A stretch of DNA of 64,000 nt from an uncultured Phycisphaerales bacterium. GTDB lineage: Bacteria; Planctomycetota; Phycisphaerae; Tepidisphaerales; Tepidisphaeraceae. Positions within the stretch are counted from its first letter, which is position 1. Every line of letters begins with the position of its first letter. This document shows, piece after piece, positions 18,793 to 30,400 of this stretch. Below the pieces are notes generated by a model. The model made no database searches, was not told the DNA's origin, and saw nothing but the letters and a program-made list of their open reading frames with translations. The stretch covers positions 416,001-480,000 of the forward strand of contig CAWBWQ010000001.1 in the NCBI GenBank assembly GCA_963792535.1. The letters are read 5' to 3'. Position numbers and translations under genes: made by a program.

Positions 18793-21281
18793 CTATTTTA
18801 TCTCGACGGATGCCCTCGCACTGCTGTCGCGACTCGATTGGCCAATCGAAACTTCGTAAGTTCCCGGCACCACTTTCCAACTGTGCGATGCAACGTCCCA
18901 ATGTGCAAATGACCGCTCATCGAGCGATAGCGTGATCGATTTCGTTTCACCGGGTTTCAGGTTTACGCGGGCAAAACTTTTGAGTTCCTGAGGGGGTCGA
19001 TCGATCGTCTCATCTGCTGGTGGTCGAACATACAGCTGCGCGACGGTTGCGCCTTGCGCGCCCCGGTGTTGGTCGCGTCGAAAGTTGCGGTGTAATTGTC
19101 GTCTCCTTCAGCCGGCGTAAGCTTGAGATTCTTCAATTCGAAAGCTGTATACGACAAGCCGAAACCAAACGGAAAGCGCGGTTCGATATTCTTTTTATCG
19201 TACCAGCGATAACCCATGTAAATCCCCTCGGCATAGTTGACCTGCGCGTCGCCGGGATAGTTTCCAAAGGCCGGAGAGTCGGGCCAGGCTTTCTCGAAGG
19301 TATCAGGAAGATGTCCGCTGGGGTTGGTATCACCGAATAGGATTTCGGCGATGGCCGTTCCACCGGCCTGACCGGGAAACCAGGCGTCGAGCAGCGCAGG
19401 GACCCGGTCGATCCATTGCTGCATGCCCACGTTACCGCCGGCTTCCAGCACGACGATGACCCGCGGATTAATGGCGGCCGTCTTATTGATCAGATCCAGC
19501 TGGTTAGGGTCCAGGTCGTAGGGACGATCGGCACCTTCGGTCTCATTCGTGTGTACGGCCACGATGGCGGCATCAGCGCCGGCAATCGCTTCACGCTGTT
19601 CGTCGGTTAACGCCGGTTGCGTGACAAAATATCCGAACTGGATGCGTGGCTCGTTTGTCCGATGGTAATACTCAATCTCCAACTGATAGGAACGACCCGC
19701 TTGCAGCGTCGCATTTGCGGTGGCGGTGTGTGGCGGTTGGTCGCGCCAGTTGTCGATGATTACTTTTCCATCGAGCAGCACGCGCGATCCATCGCTGCTT
19801 CGAATCATGAAAGTATTTTCGCCGGTTGTGGTGGGCCGGATGGTTGCCGTCCAGCGGGCTGAAAATGGGTGCCGGGTAATCTGCGCGGCCTGCGGCTTCC
19901 AGTTGAAATCGATCGCGGGAACATCCGGCTGCCGCGCCGCGGGGTCTTTGAGTTCAGTATCAGTATAGAAATCAGCTGTCAGACCCGGCTTTCCACTGGC
20001 GAGTGGTTCGTATACTGAAGCCCTGGCCAACTCGCCGATTCTTCGATCGCTTCGATCATGAAAAGGGATGGTGGTGATCTGCACGTTTTTCGCCAGGGCG
20101 GTGAGACCGGCAAGGATTGTGACAGGACGCGCGGGTTTGGTGAAGGAACTCCCGCCGCCGGCGACATATGCATCAGCGCCAGCGCCTAACAAAACAAGCT
20201 TGTGAACTTTCGTTCGGTCCAGGGGAAGCAGATTCCCCTGGTTTTTCAGCAGCACGATTCCCTCGCGGGCGACGGCAAGGGCGGTGGCGTCATTTGCCGG
20301 GTCATCGCGCGCGATGGTCTTATCAATCTGCGGGCGATCCAGCCAGCCCATCTCCGCCTCCACGCGGAGAATGTGCTTTACCTTTTCATCGATATCCGCC
20401 TGCGTGATTTTTCCGGCGTCGAGCAGCGGTTGGAGTGTCTGCGAATTGAAATACGCTTTGTCAGGCATTTCCAGATCGAGCCCGGCGGTCATGGGCCCCA
20501 GGGTATCGTCCACCGCGCCCCAATCCGACATGACAAATCCATCAAATCCCCATTCCTTGCGAAGCACGTCTGTCAGTAGATAGTGGCTTGCGGTCGCGTA
20601 GCTGCCGTTGATGCGGTTGTATGACGCCATGATCGAGCGAACATGTGCAATTTTCACCGCGGCTTCAAAGGCCGGCAGGTAAATTTCGTGCAGCGTGCGT
20701 TCATCCACTCGCACATCGACCAGATGCCGTTTGATTTCCTGATTGTTGCAGGCGAAGTGCTTGATGCAGGCGGCAACGCCTTGCGATTGCACGCCCTGGA
20801 TATAGCCCACCGCAATTCGCCCGGCCAGATACGGATCTTCTCCCAGATACTCAAAATTCCGCCCATTTTGTGGCTGGCGATAGATGTTTACGCCCGGTCC
20901 GAGCAGGATATGATCGCCGCGCGATCGCGCATCGCGTCCCAGTGCCACACCTTCGCGTTCGGCGATATCGGGGTCCCATGTTGAAGCCAGCAAAACGCCA
21001 GCCGGGTATGCGGTGGACGCGCCATCGTTTCGCGTGCCGACAGGACCATCCGTAAATTTGGTGCGCGGAATCTTCAGGCGATCTACCGCACCGGTGTAGA
21101 ACCCGTCATAGCCGTGCAGCAAGCCGATTTTCTCTTCCTGATTCAGCTGAGACACAAGCTGATCAACCCTCAGCTCGACTGGCGATTGCGCGACCGCGAA
21201 CCTGTTTCCCATGAGCCCCGCGGCGACGCAAAAGACGGCGAAGCGCAAAAAAAACTTTCTCCCGCAAGTCGGTTGGTTCAT
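18793..21281 (-). CDS. secreted GH3 beta-glucosidase with PA14 and FN3-like domains (indel near 19055)
   Basis: DGPVG, GRNFEYLGEDP, KHFACN, VMSDWG, PFGFGLSY; C-terminus QLYV..QELKSF..LKPGE continues in another frame to TAG 18793. Confidence 0.9.
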
Positions 21282-21371
21282 GGTGATGACAGCATAAGGG
21301 CGGCTTGGTAGACGTCCAAGCAACGGCATGACGAACGAAGCGTGGATGCGCCTGTTTCGCGTAGATGAAAA

Positions 21372-21443
21372 TACCCGCGACAGGATTCGAACCTGTGACC
21401 TCCGGTTTAGGAAACCAGCGCTATCCAACTGAGCTACGCGGCG
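21372..21443 (-). tRNA. tRNA-Arg (anticodon CCT), reconstituted at the island boundary; 5' half has small deletions
   Basis: TAGCTCAGTTGGATAG..CTGGTTTCCTAAACCGG..GGTTCGAATCC; lacks one C and an AG relative to the copy at 27345-27384. Confidence 0.8.
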
Positions 21444-21581
21444 CAAACGCATAATTATTCATACCTATAGCGATTTTATAGGTCGCCGAAAACAGGGTCG
21501 ATTCCGAGTCAACTACGAAATCTGCTCGCAAACGGGATTTCGGCCGTGCACAATTCGTGGTTGAAGTCTGAATGATCCTAG

Positions 21582-21797
21582 TTGAACGAAGGAATCACCA
21601 CGTCGCACATAATGTATCCAGCCGATGTCGTTGCGGCAATTGACAACCAGTCGAAACGTCGATCACCAAATCAACCCAAACCGAAGGCAATGGAACTGAC
21701 TCAACACAAGGGTCTGTATCGAATCAGCAAAGGGAGTGAAACGAAGCTGGATAAGTTCAACGAACTGGTTGTGTCTGAAACACCAGAAGCTGACTGA
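21582..21797 (+). CDS. hypothetical protein (island)
   Basis: Short ORF, no recognised motif. Confidence 0.3.
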   Translation: MNEGITTSHIMYPADVVAAIDNQSKRRSPNQPKPKAMELTQHKGLYRISKGSETKLDKFNELVVSETPEAD

Positions 21798-21889
21798 CTG
21801 AAGAAACTATATAGAAACTGACTTACCCGTTAAGGGGCGCGGCGCAATCGCAAACCTTAGCGGGTCTTTCGTTTTATAAGGTTCACGCA

Positions 21890-22153
21890 ATGAAGGTATC
21901 ACTACAGAAGCAGCGGCTGGATTCGCAACGCGATGTCGATACGAAGCATCCACATTTATTCGAAGATGCACTGAACCGTATGTTTATTCAGGTTCCATCC
22001 CTTGAAACGCAGGCAAACACGGGCAAGGTCGCGAAGGAATGGCAAGACGCAATTGACGCTGTACCAGATATGTTCTTCGACGTTGGACTAGAAGCGGCGA
22101 AAAGGCAGTTTGACAGAGATAGGGCAGATGTACCCAACCCCGCCAAGAAGTGA
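21890..22153 (+). CDS. hypothetical protein (island)
   Basis: 87 aa, ATG start, co-oriented with downstream genes. Confidence 0.5.
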   Translation: MKVSLQKQRLDSQRDVDTKHPHLFEDALNRMFIQVPSLETQANTGKVAKEWQDAIDAVPDMFFDVGLEAAKRQFDRDRADVPNPAKK

Positions 22154-22225
22154 TCGGAAAGCCAGCGGTAAGAAATAGCGGTACGGTGGCTGTTCGGGTC
22201 GGGTGGTCTGCGATAGAATGCTGCG

Positions 22226-22759
22226 ATGGAAAAAGCAGTTCCAATTCCGTTCGGTGCAACGTTCGTTGTCCCAGAAGGCGAACAGTCGAAGTTCAAGCTT
22301 CAGAACATGGTTTTTGCCAAAGAAGACAGCCAAGCGTTGTTCAAGGTCTTCTTGCAGTCTCTGAATCCCGAGACGCTTGGATTCAAAATCGTTGCAGGTA
22401 GTCAAAACATCTCAATCACTGTCTTCTTCCGCTGGGCCGGAAAGACGGCTGGCACGGTGGTCTGGGCACACGGCGGCAATGATGACCAGCCGAAGCACAT
22501 TCATGGCGTATCTGCGTTGCTCGGAAAAAAGAACGCGCAGGATGACGCGAAAGCTATTGCAGACGCAAAGGACGTTAAAGCCGTTCACCGAATCAAACAA
22601 GACCAGTTCGATACGATAGCGGCTTCAGTGACTTCTCGGGGCGTGGCGACCTTCTTCGCTGACGTGAATAGCGCAAATTATGCTCCATTGATCACGTTTA
22701 TCGAAACCTTTGCGGCTGCATTTTTCCATCACCTGTCTACACGTCAGCTTCTCAACTGA
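22226..22759 (+). CDS. hypothetical protein (island)
   Basis: 177 aa, 9 nt from the next gene. Confidence 0.6.
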   Translation: MEKAVPIPFGATFVVPEGEQSKFKLQNMVFAKEDSQALFKVFLQSLNPETLGFKIVAGSQNISITVFFRWAGKTAGTVVWAHGGNDDQPKHIHGVSALLGKKNAQDDAKAIADAKDVKAVHRIKQDQFDTIAASVTSRGVATFFADVNSANYAPLITFIETFAAAFFHHLSTRQLLN

Positions 22760-22768
22760 AAGACAACG

Positions 22769-23194
22769 ATGACTATTCAGATCAGTAAAGATGAAATGCG
22801 GCTTCTGGCATATCTTCACGAGCACGCGCAGGGATTTGACGATCGCTTTGCGTTTCATCCAGCGAAGATCGCAACTGATTTAGGAATTACGAAGCCGCAG
22901 CTTCAGCGTGATTCTTCTTTTCTGTCGTCGCACGGTCTGACAGGCGTTCGTTCTCTGAACATGACGACCTTCAATGCTGTCACGCATTCGCTGTCTGATA
23001 TCTGGTTAACTGGTCATGGTGAAAATCTGATGCGAACACTTGAAAACCAGATGGAAGAGCAGCTTCTGAATTACACTGAAGAACCGTCAGCAGCCGGTCG
23101 AATCACGCTGAAGGTCATGTCGTTTCTGTGGGACAAGTCACAGGACATTGTCGTCGGCATAGTGTCCCAGTACATCGGAAACCATATATCGTGA
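22769..23194 (+). CDS. hypothetical protein, possibly winged-helix
   Basis: LLAYL..IATDLGITKPQL..LTGHG pattern resembles a wHTH. Confidence 0.55.
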   Translation: MTIQISKDEMRLLAYLHEHAQGFDDRFAFHPAKIATDLGITKPQLQRDSSFLSSHGLTGVRSLNMTTFNAVTHSLSDIWLTGHGENLMRTLENQMEEQLLNYTEEPSAAGRITLKVMSFLWDKSQDIVVGIVSQYIGNHIS

Positions 23195-23548
23195 TCAATA
23201 AAGCTGGTGATGTTGATCCGGTTGCGAAGGGAATCACAATATGTCGAAGACGATTTTCTATGCTTGGCAGTCGGACCAACCGAAGGCACTGACGCGGGAA
23301 TTCATCAGGTCAGCGATTGAAGCGGCAATCGCGAAGCTCAACACTGACGCAGTCGTTGAAGACGCTGACGCAATCGACGAATGGGAAATCGACCATGACA
23401 CAAAGGGCGTTCCCGGCAGTCCGCCAATTGCTGAAACGATCTGCAAAAAGATTGACGAATGTGCGATCTTCATTGCTGATGTCCTGGTCCCCTAAACTGG
23501 TGCCAGTAGGGTGTATAAACTTCCGATCCGGAAAGGATCAGGAAGTCG

Positions 23549-23812
23549 ATGAAAAAGCGATTTACGGACGAGCAGATTGTTGGGTTTCTCCGGCAGGTTG
23601 AAGCGGAGGAAAAAACGATCGCGGAGGTTTGCCGGGAGGGCGGGTTTTCGCAGCCGACATATTACCAGTGGAAGAAGAAGCTGGGGTCGATGGCTGAGCC
23701 GGAGGTGAAGCGGCTGCGGGAGTTGGAGAAAGAAAATGGCCGATTGAAGCGATTGCTTGCTGAGCGTGATCTGGAGTTGGATGTGGTGAAGGAGTACCTG
23801 CAAAAAAAGTAG
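23549..23812 (+). CDS. IS3 transposase OrfA
   Basis: Identical protein to 1986-2249. Confidence 0.92.
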   Translation: MKKRFTDEQIVGFLRQVEAEEKTIAEVCREGGFSQPTYYQWKKKLGSMAEPEVKRLRELEKENGRLKRLLAERDLELDVVKEYLQKK

Positions 23813-23841
23813 TTGATACGGCTGAGCGACGATCGGCGGCG

Positions 23842-24720
23842 GTGTTTCTGGTGTCGCGGAAGGTATCAGTTCGGCGAGCTTGCTGGTGGCTTGGCGTGGG
23901 CCGGAACTGGCTGAAATATCTGAGTCGGAGGAAGGAGGATGGTCTGGCTGATCGGTTGATGGAGTTGGCGAAAGAGCATCCGCGGTATGGAGCCAGGCGG
24001 TTGTGGGCGTTGCTGCGACGCGAGGGATTGAAGGTGAATTTCAAGCGGATCAGACGACTGTGCCGCAAGCACGGGCTGATGCTCAAGCAGAAGCGGCGAC
24101 GTAAGCGACGTGGGATCGGCATTGGAGTGATTTGCAGCGCGAGTCGGCCGAACCAGGTCTGGGCTTATGATTTTGTGGAGGATCGGACCGAATCGGGACA
24201 GAAGCTGAGAGTCCTGACGGTGATCGATGAGTTCACGCGGGAGTGCGTGGCGGTGGAGACGGAATACCGGATGAACGCGAAGTACGTGGCCCAGACGTTG
24301 TTGAGATTGTTCAAAAGCCGCGGTGTGCCGGAGCATGTGCGAAGCGACAATGGTCCTGAGTTTATTGCCAAGCATCTGATGCGAACGCTTGCCGGCGTGG
24401 GTGTGAATGTTAGGCACATCGAGCCGGGCAGCCCGTGGCAAAATGGATTGGACGAACGATTCAATGGGAGCCTAAGAGATGAATGCCTGAACATGGAGAC
24501 GTTCACGAATGTCGACCAGGCCCGAGCGATCATTAAGCTGTATGGCCGGCACTACAACACGGACAGGCCCCACAGCAGCCTGGGTTACAAAACGCCCGAG
24601 GAGTTTGGTAATGATTGGACGAACTCGAGCGGAAGAAAATGCGAGGTCCGCGAGTACGCGGACGGGTGTGAGGCTCCCCTCCGGAAGACACCGTTACAGG
24701 AAATGGCCGTTGTCTTCTGA
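23842..24720 (+). CDS. IS3 transposase OrfB
   Basis: Identical protein to 2279-3157. Confidence 0.95.
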   Translation: MFLVSRKVSVRRACWWLGVGRNWLKYLSRRKEDGLADRLMELAKEHPRYGARRLWALLRREGLKVNFKRIRRLCRKHGLMLKQKRRRKRRGIGIGVICSASRPNQVWAYDFVEDRTESGQKLRVLTVIDEFTRECVAVETEYRMNAKYVAQTLLRLFKSRGVPEHVRSDNGPEFIAKHLMRTLAGVGVNVRHIEPGSPWQNGLDERFNGSLRDECLNMETFTNVDQARAIIKLYGRHYNTDRPHSSLGYKTPEEFGNDWTNSSGRKCEVREYADGCEAPLRKTPLQEMAVVF

Positions 24721-26013
24721 GGGTTGGGTCCCCCGCGGATCGAGCGTCATGAACCGAAACACACACGAGCCGCCGAGCGTTTCGGCGGCTCCAAACAACG
24801 CCATCAAGGATCGAGAATTATACACATTCGCGTGGCACCAAGATCGGGGTCTGGACACTGACGTGACTTGCGTAGGCGAATACACGAATGCAAGCGGGCG
24901 CAAGAAGAAGTCGATCAACGGCAACGTGCTAATTGAACTCGGGTACGCTAGGGGAAAGCTCGGATTGAACAAAGTTATCACAGTCCAAAACACTGCATTT
25001 GGAACTCCCGACGAACTTCCGTTCGATATGACACACCTTCGGCATCCGGTCCAGTTCAGTGTCACAGCGGGAACATCCAGCGACAACAAGGACAAGCAGT
25101 TCCAGAAACTGATTGCAATTTTCGAAGATGCGTTCCGCGACATTCTAAAATCTGTGCTGGCGACGGAAGCAGCGAAGTTAAATGCGGAGCAGCTTGCAGA
25201 ATCGCAACTGACTGATCAGGCGTTGGAAAGGGTGAACAACCTTCGGAAGACTTTTGAAAACGAAGTTCATGACGGAAACTTTGGCGAATTCAAGGAAAAT
25301 GGACCGTACATCACTTTCAGGATGATTCCGTTAAAGCCGCCTAAACAACTCGATATATTCAGCGCACAAAACTGGTCCAGTCGGTTGTCGATGTTCTTGG
25401 GTCGGGACGGCAAGGAGACAAGACCGGACAGTCTTTCTGTCTTTCGAAGGGCAAAGGATAATCCTTCCGATGACATGCGTATGTCACTGCTTGCAGATGG
25501 CAGTATTGTTTCCGCACAGAATATACGAGCGATACCATTTCCGGATTACCATAACGTCGTAAACTACTTGGCTGTGGAAAGAAAGTTAGTTTTGAACACG
25601 TTGGACCAGATTCAGCTTTTGCGGGAACTGGGCATCAACGGGAGCATTGCGGCCCAATTTGGATTACACAACGTCAAAGGAAAATTACTTTTGTACGGTG
25701 AACGAGCTTCGTTTCATGGACCGTTCAAACTATCAGCGAAGGATAACGTTTTTCCACCAGCAGTTGTCATTCCTGCTGGGTTCAACGGCGGGGATGATCA
25801 ATTTATGGCAACCATCTGGCGTCCAGCGTTTGACTGGGTATGGCGTTCTGTTGGTGCAGACCGCTGTCTAATCTTCAATCCAGACGGCACATACGCATTC
25901 AATTCAAATTGACTGTTTTGGCAACCACTAAAAAAATCGCGCATAAAAAATCTGCTGGGAACCGAAAGAAAAATGGGGAATACTTCAGCGAAGAACCAGT
26001 AGCCACGTTCGTA

Positions 26014-27048
26014 TCAATGCGGACGACGATTGTATCCCGAGACGTGCGTTCCATCTTTTCGAGTGTATCCGGAAACATGCTCCGTCTTTCCACCAGAACC
26101 AAAACCAGAACCAGACGCGCCATAAATCACAGTCCCTGTTCCATCATCCGCAACCGTTCCGTCAACCGGCTGGGTCGCTGGATGCGCAGAAGCCAAAGCC
26201 GCAACCCGAGCAGAACGAATTTCACCTTCCAAACCAACGACAACGGCAGACTTCGAACGAACATCAGCTTCAGCAGCATGAACAGCAGGATCGGCTTCCT
26301 GTGCATCAACAATCAACAGATTCGCTGCTGACGACAAATCCAGATAATTCTGATCAACCGCTATCGACTTAGCTTCATCCGCTTTCCCTTTCGCAACGAC
26401 ATATGCGGGAGACACCATCACCCGCTTCTTCACAACATCCTTCGCAGCCGTCAAACGATCTTCAGCAGACTTTTCATCATGCTTCGCAGACACCAACTGC
26501 TGATCCAATGTCGGACCTGTAACCGTCGCTGACGAACCAGAAAAAACGGGAGCAGGTAAAATCGGCGCGGGAACGGAAACAACTGCCGAATCAGAAGACT
26601 GATCCGTGACGGGAGCAACAGGAGCAACCGCAACAGGTGTCTGAACTGGTGGCTGAACAACCGGCTGACTCGGGGATGAACTGGAAGACGAATCAGAAGG
26701 TACAGACGGCTTGCTGTTGAACAAATTCACACAGATCACAATCGCACCAGCAACGATTCCCAGCTTGAACATCCTTCCAATGAACGAAGATCGCTTCCTT
26801 CGGGTGGTCGTATAAGTGACCACGGTTACTTTCTTTCCCACGCGCCCCTTCTTTCCGCCCGTCAGCAGCTTCACAGGATCAACCGTCGTTCGGTAATAGA
26901 CCCGGTTGTAAAGTGCCTTTTTGGGATTTGTGAACCAGCCGAATCCACGGGGAGCTTTGAACCCAAGCCGATGACGTACAACACGCTTCCAACTGGTTCG
27001 CGCTGCGATCCGTTTCTTCAGCGAAGGCTTCCGGAACCCGAACTTCAT
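26014..27048 (-). CDS. single-pass membrane protein with basic phage-type N-terminus
   Basis: MKFGFRKPSLKKRIAARTS..GWFTNPKKALYNRVY, TM, S/P linker, coiled coil, VSGYTRKDGTHVSGY C-terminus. Confidence 0.7.
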   Translation of the reverse strand: MKFGFRKPSLKKRIAARTSWKRVVRHRLGFKAPRGFGWFTNPKKALYNRVYYRTTVDPVKLLTGGKKGRVGKKVTVVTYTTTRRKRSSFIGRMFKLGIVAGAIVICVNLFNSKPSVPSDSSSSSSPSQPVVQPPVQTPVAVAPVAPVTDQSSDSAVVSVPAPILPAPVFSGSSATVTGPTLDQQLVSAKHDEKSAEDRLTAAKDVVKKRVMVSPAYVVAKGKADEAKSIAVDQNYLDLSSAANLLIVDAQEADPAVHAAEADVRSKSAVVVGLEGEIRSARVAALASAHPATQPVDGTVADDGTGTVIYGASGSGFGSGGKTEHVSGYTRKDGTHVSGYNRRPH

Positions 27049-27344
27049 GACAAAAGCATAATCCAGACGAACCCAGCATTACCCGTCTTTTCCCTTGACC
27101 AGTCAGGGGCAACATCGGCGATCAACCGCTTCAACTACGAAATCCATTTTGATCCTTCCAAGATGATGCGTTTTTCCCAGCAACTACGAATTCACTGCGA
27201 ATTCTGACATGCAAGCAACTACGGATTATGACAAAAGCGGGAGCAAAAAGAAAAATCAGAATTGATGAAAACCACTGTAAAATAAGGCGTTTAAAGTGGT
27301 TTTTGTCGGTCGGCCCGGCGAACCGGCTAAAAAATGACATTAGT

Positions 27345-27384
27345 TTTAGGAAACCAGCGCTCTATCCAACTGAGCTACGCGGGC
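27345..27384 (-). other. displaced 5' half of tRNA-Arg(CCT) (att site)
   Basis: GCCCGCGTAGCTCAGTTGGATAGAGCGCTGGTTTCCTAAA with intact acceptor 5' strand and D arm; breaks just after the anticodon loop. Confidence 0.85.
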
Positions 27385-27399
27385 GTAGATCAACGGCAA

Positions 27400-27428
27400 A
27401 AGATAGAGCACTGGGTGGCGATTGACAA
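27400..27428 (-). promoter_or_regulatory. sigma70-like promoter of the original tRNA gene
   Basis: TTGTCA-N17-TATCTT, 15 nt upstream of the 5' half. Confidence 0.55.
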
Positions 27429-27431
27429 TCC

Positions 27432-30400
27432 TTAAGCGGTGATCAGTTCGATCGCGAAAGTGCTAAACAGATCTGAGATCTTGTTGGAGGTGTTGAAGCG
27501 GAACCGCGATCCATTCTCGGTTCCGGTAATGGATCGCGTGACGAGCAACGCGATGCCATCGGGAGCGGGAGTCGCGGTGGTCGTGTCAACGACGCCGAGC
27601 GAAGCAGAGTTTAACGTATGCACGATGAGCTGCGTGTTGGTGAAGTTGGTCGTCGCACGCCCGGTGAGGTGAAGTGCGCCAAGGCTTGAAGTGCCAATGT
27701 TGGCGGTCGTCGCGTTTGCCAGCGTGGCGGCGCTGGAGGCGCCTAACAGGATAGTGTCGTCGGAAAGGAGCGTAGCGACGATGCTGCCGAGATTCCCGGT
27801 GGTTATCAATTTTGTGTTGTTGATCGCGCCGGTGACACTGAGCGTGTTCAGCGAGAGCCCTGGGCTGGTAAAGGTCAGAGCCGGCGTTTTGAATGTTGCC
27901 TGAAACGTGAATCGTGCGTGCGCTGCCGGCGGTGATGTTGCCCGTGATTCCACCAGTGACGCTAAGGACGTTCAGGCTGCCTGCGGTAAGGGCAGCTCCA
28001 AAGCCGCCCGCGCGGACGAGCAAACTGTTGATCGAGCCGGAGACGCTTGCCTGCAGGGTGCTGGCGATACCGCCGGCGGCGATGCTGAAGGCATTGCCGG
28101 TGATTTTCCAGGCGTCACTGCCCACGATTCCTCTGATCTGGGCCACGCGCAGGACGGTACCGCCGCCGGTGAGAGTCAGCGTCGGTTGAAAGTTACCGGC
28201 GATTGCCAGCGAGGTGATTGACGGGGCCGTGATCGCCGAAGCGCCGGGGTCGAGCTGTTCCACGCACTGGCCTGCAGGGTGCGAATCGGGACGGCGCTGG
28301 ATAAGGTTGAATCGCCTACACCGCCGGTAATGAGGGAGAAACCCGTTGGGATGCCTGCTCCAACGGAAATCTTCGCGTTATTGATCTGAAGGAATTGAAG
28401 AACCGCGACACCGCTGAGATTTACAGTGCCGCTCAACCCTGCGCGGGGTGCGGAAATGGTGCGGATGGGGCTGGCATCGGAGATTCCCCCGATGGTCAGC
28501 GCGCCGGTTCCGCGCGAGCTGATCGAGAGTGTGCTTGCCGCGGTTGTTGCGCTGATGTCGAGTTGGGCGATCTGCAATGAAGAGCCGGTAACGGTTGCCC
28601 TGCCGTCACGATCGACTGCGAGCGATGCAGCATTGTTGAAAAGCACTTCAACGCTGCCCCGATTTAATGACAGCGTGGTAACTGCGCCACCACCGCTGGT
28701 GAAAGTGAGCGAGCGATCATTGCCGGCGATACTTCCGATGGTAACGCCGACATTCAGATCGACGGTGGCCACGTTGGACGCATGACCGTTTACGTCGGAA
28801 ACGGTGTAAGTGAAGCTGTCGGGTCCGACGAAATCAGCCGCCGGCGTATAAGTGATGACACCGGTGCTGGTGTTGATAGAGGTTGTGCCGTGCGCAGGGC
28901 GCGGCGGCTACCGCCAAAGTGGAGAGATCCAGGCCCACGGTGGAATTCACATTTCCGGTCACGTTAATTGCAAGCGAACCATTAGCCAGGCCGGTGGTTG
29001 CCGTGCTCGAGGCGATGGGAGCCTTGGCGGGATTGCTGACCGTTACAGTGACAAGCGTGGCAGCCGACGTAAATCCGGTGTTATCTTTCACGTTGTAGAA
29101 GAAGGATTCGACCCCGGCAAAGCCGGAAGCCGCGGTATAGGTGATCGTGCCGTCGGCATTGGCAGTGGCGGTGCCACCGTCGGTAGGAGACGACACGATT
29201 GTCACACTGGCGGGGACAATGGTGCCCGATGAATCGCTATCCGCCGAGAGCACGTTGATGATCGTGGCCTGCGCTGCGATGGCCGTGGCGCTGACCGGCA
29301 CGGTGACGACCCCACCGGCGTTAGCGGGTGAAACTGCGACCGTCACCGTACCGACACTGGAAATTTCTCCCGCGTAGTCCGCGACGGTGTAGCTGAAGGT
29401 ATCGGTGCCGCTGAAAGTGGAGGGCGCTATGTAGGTGACGACGCCGGTTGTCGCATTGACTGTGACGGTTGCTCCGGAGGTCGGCTGCGCGCTGATCGCG
29501 AGGGTCGCGGGATTGATCGTGCTGCTGGCGTCGGTGTCGTTGGCCAACAGGTTCATCTGTACAACCTGGCCGGCTACGGCGGTGAACGAATCGGGCACAG
29601 CTACGGGTTTATTATTTGCTACGTTGAAGGTGATGGTTGTCGGCGCAGAGACATCGTTGTTGTTGTCGGCCACGGTATAGGCAAGTGTTTCGGTGCCGAC
29701 AAAAGCAGCTGCGGGGGTGTAGGTAAGCAAGCCTGTGGCGGGATCGAAGGTTGCGGTGCCGCCGGCGCTGGGTGGGGTGGTGATGGTGAAGGTGCCGGGC
29801 TGAATCGTGCCGGTGGCGTCAACGTCGCCGGACAGGACCGGCTCCTGAACAGTTTCACCGGCGATGGCAGCATAGGTCTGCGGAGTTGTAATCGGCCCGG
29901 TGTACACCGGTGTAGCGCCGTAACTGGAAATCTGGGCCGTGGTGGTGCTTGCCGTGGTGTTGGCAGCGACGGCAAGCCCGAGATAGCAGTTGGCCGGGAA
30001 GTTGCTCAACGTCTGCTGGCTCATCAGGGTCCAGATGATTCCATCCGTACTGGTGTATCCACTGAAAACGTTGCCCACGCGGGCCAGGCGAACCCACACA
30101 TTGGGATAACTCAACGAGCCGGGCTGCGCGGTTACCGATTCAGTGGCACCGTCGCTGGCGCGGTATTTAAAGCGATAGTTGATCGGGCTGGCGCTCATGT
30201 AGACGTTTGCGCCGTCGCGCTCAGCGAGTCGCGCGCCATGATGCCGGCGGTGGCGTAACTGCCGGCTGTCGTAATGGAGCTGACCTTGGCGGCAACGTCG
30301 AAATTGCCTGACTGCGCAGTGAACAAATAGCGAAACCCATCGGTGTTGCCAGTGATGCCCGGGCCACCGGCAACAACGGTATAGGCCTGGTTCGGCGTAA

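Larger units (their letters stand above)
23480..24857 (+). mobile_element. IS3 family element, copy 2 (1378 bp)
   Basis: Essentially identical to 1917-3294; 4-bp TSD CTGA (23476-23479, 24858-24861). Confidence 0.95.
23241..25912 (+). pseudogene. nucleoside 2-deoxyribosyltransferase/TIR-like domain protein disrupted by IS3
   Basis: 23241-23479 + 24862-25912 rejoin in frame (429 aa): IFYAWQSD..DHDTKGVPGSPPI..IFIADVT..NGNVLIELGYA..LPFD. Confidence 0.8.
21406..27382. mobile_element. tRNA-Arg-integrated genomic island (no integrase seen)
   Basis: Direct repeat TTTAGGAAACCAGCGCT(CT)ATCCAACTGAGCTACGCGG at 21406-21441 and 27345-27382; visibly more AT-rich; hypothetical cargo. Confidence 0.8.

Noticed and set aside
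18963..21452. GH3 N-terminal extension overlapping the tRNA
   Set aside because: ORF-caller extension; the signal-peptide-bearing start is at 21281.
24509..25912. 467-aa ORF as a real IS-host fusion protein
   Set aside because: The N-terminal part is an alternative frame of the IS3 end; the true N-terminus is at 23241, before the insertion.
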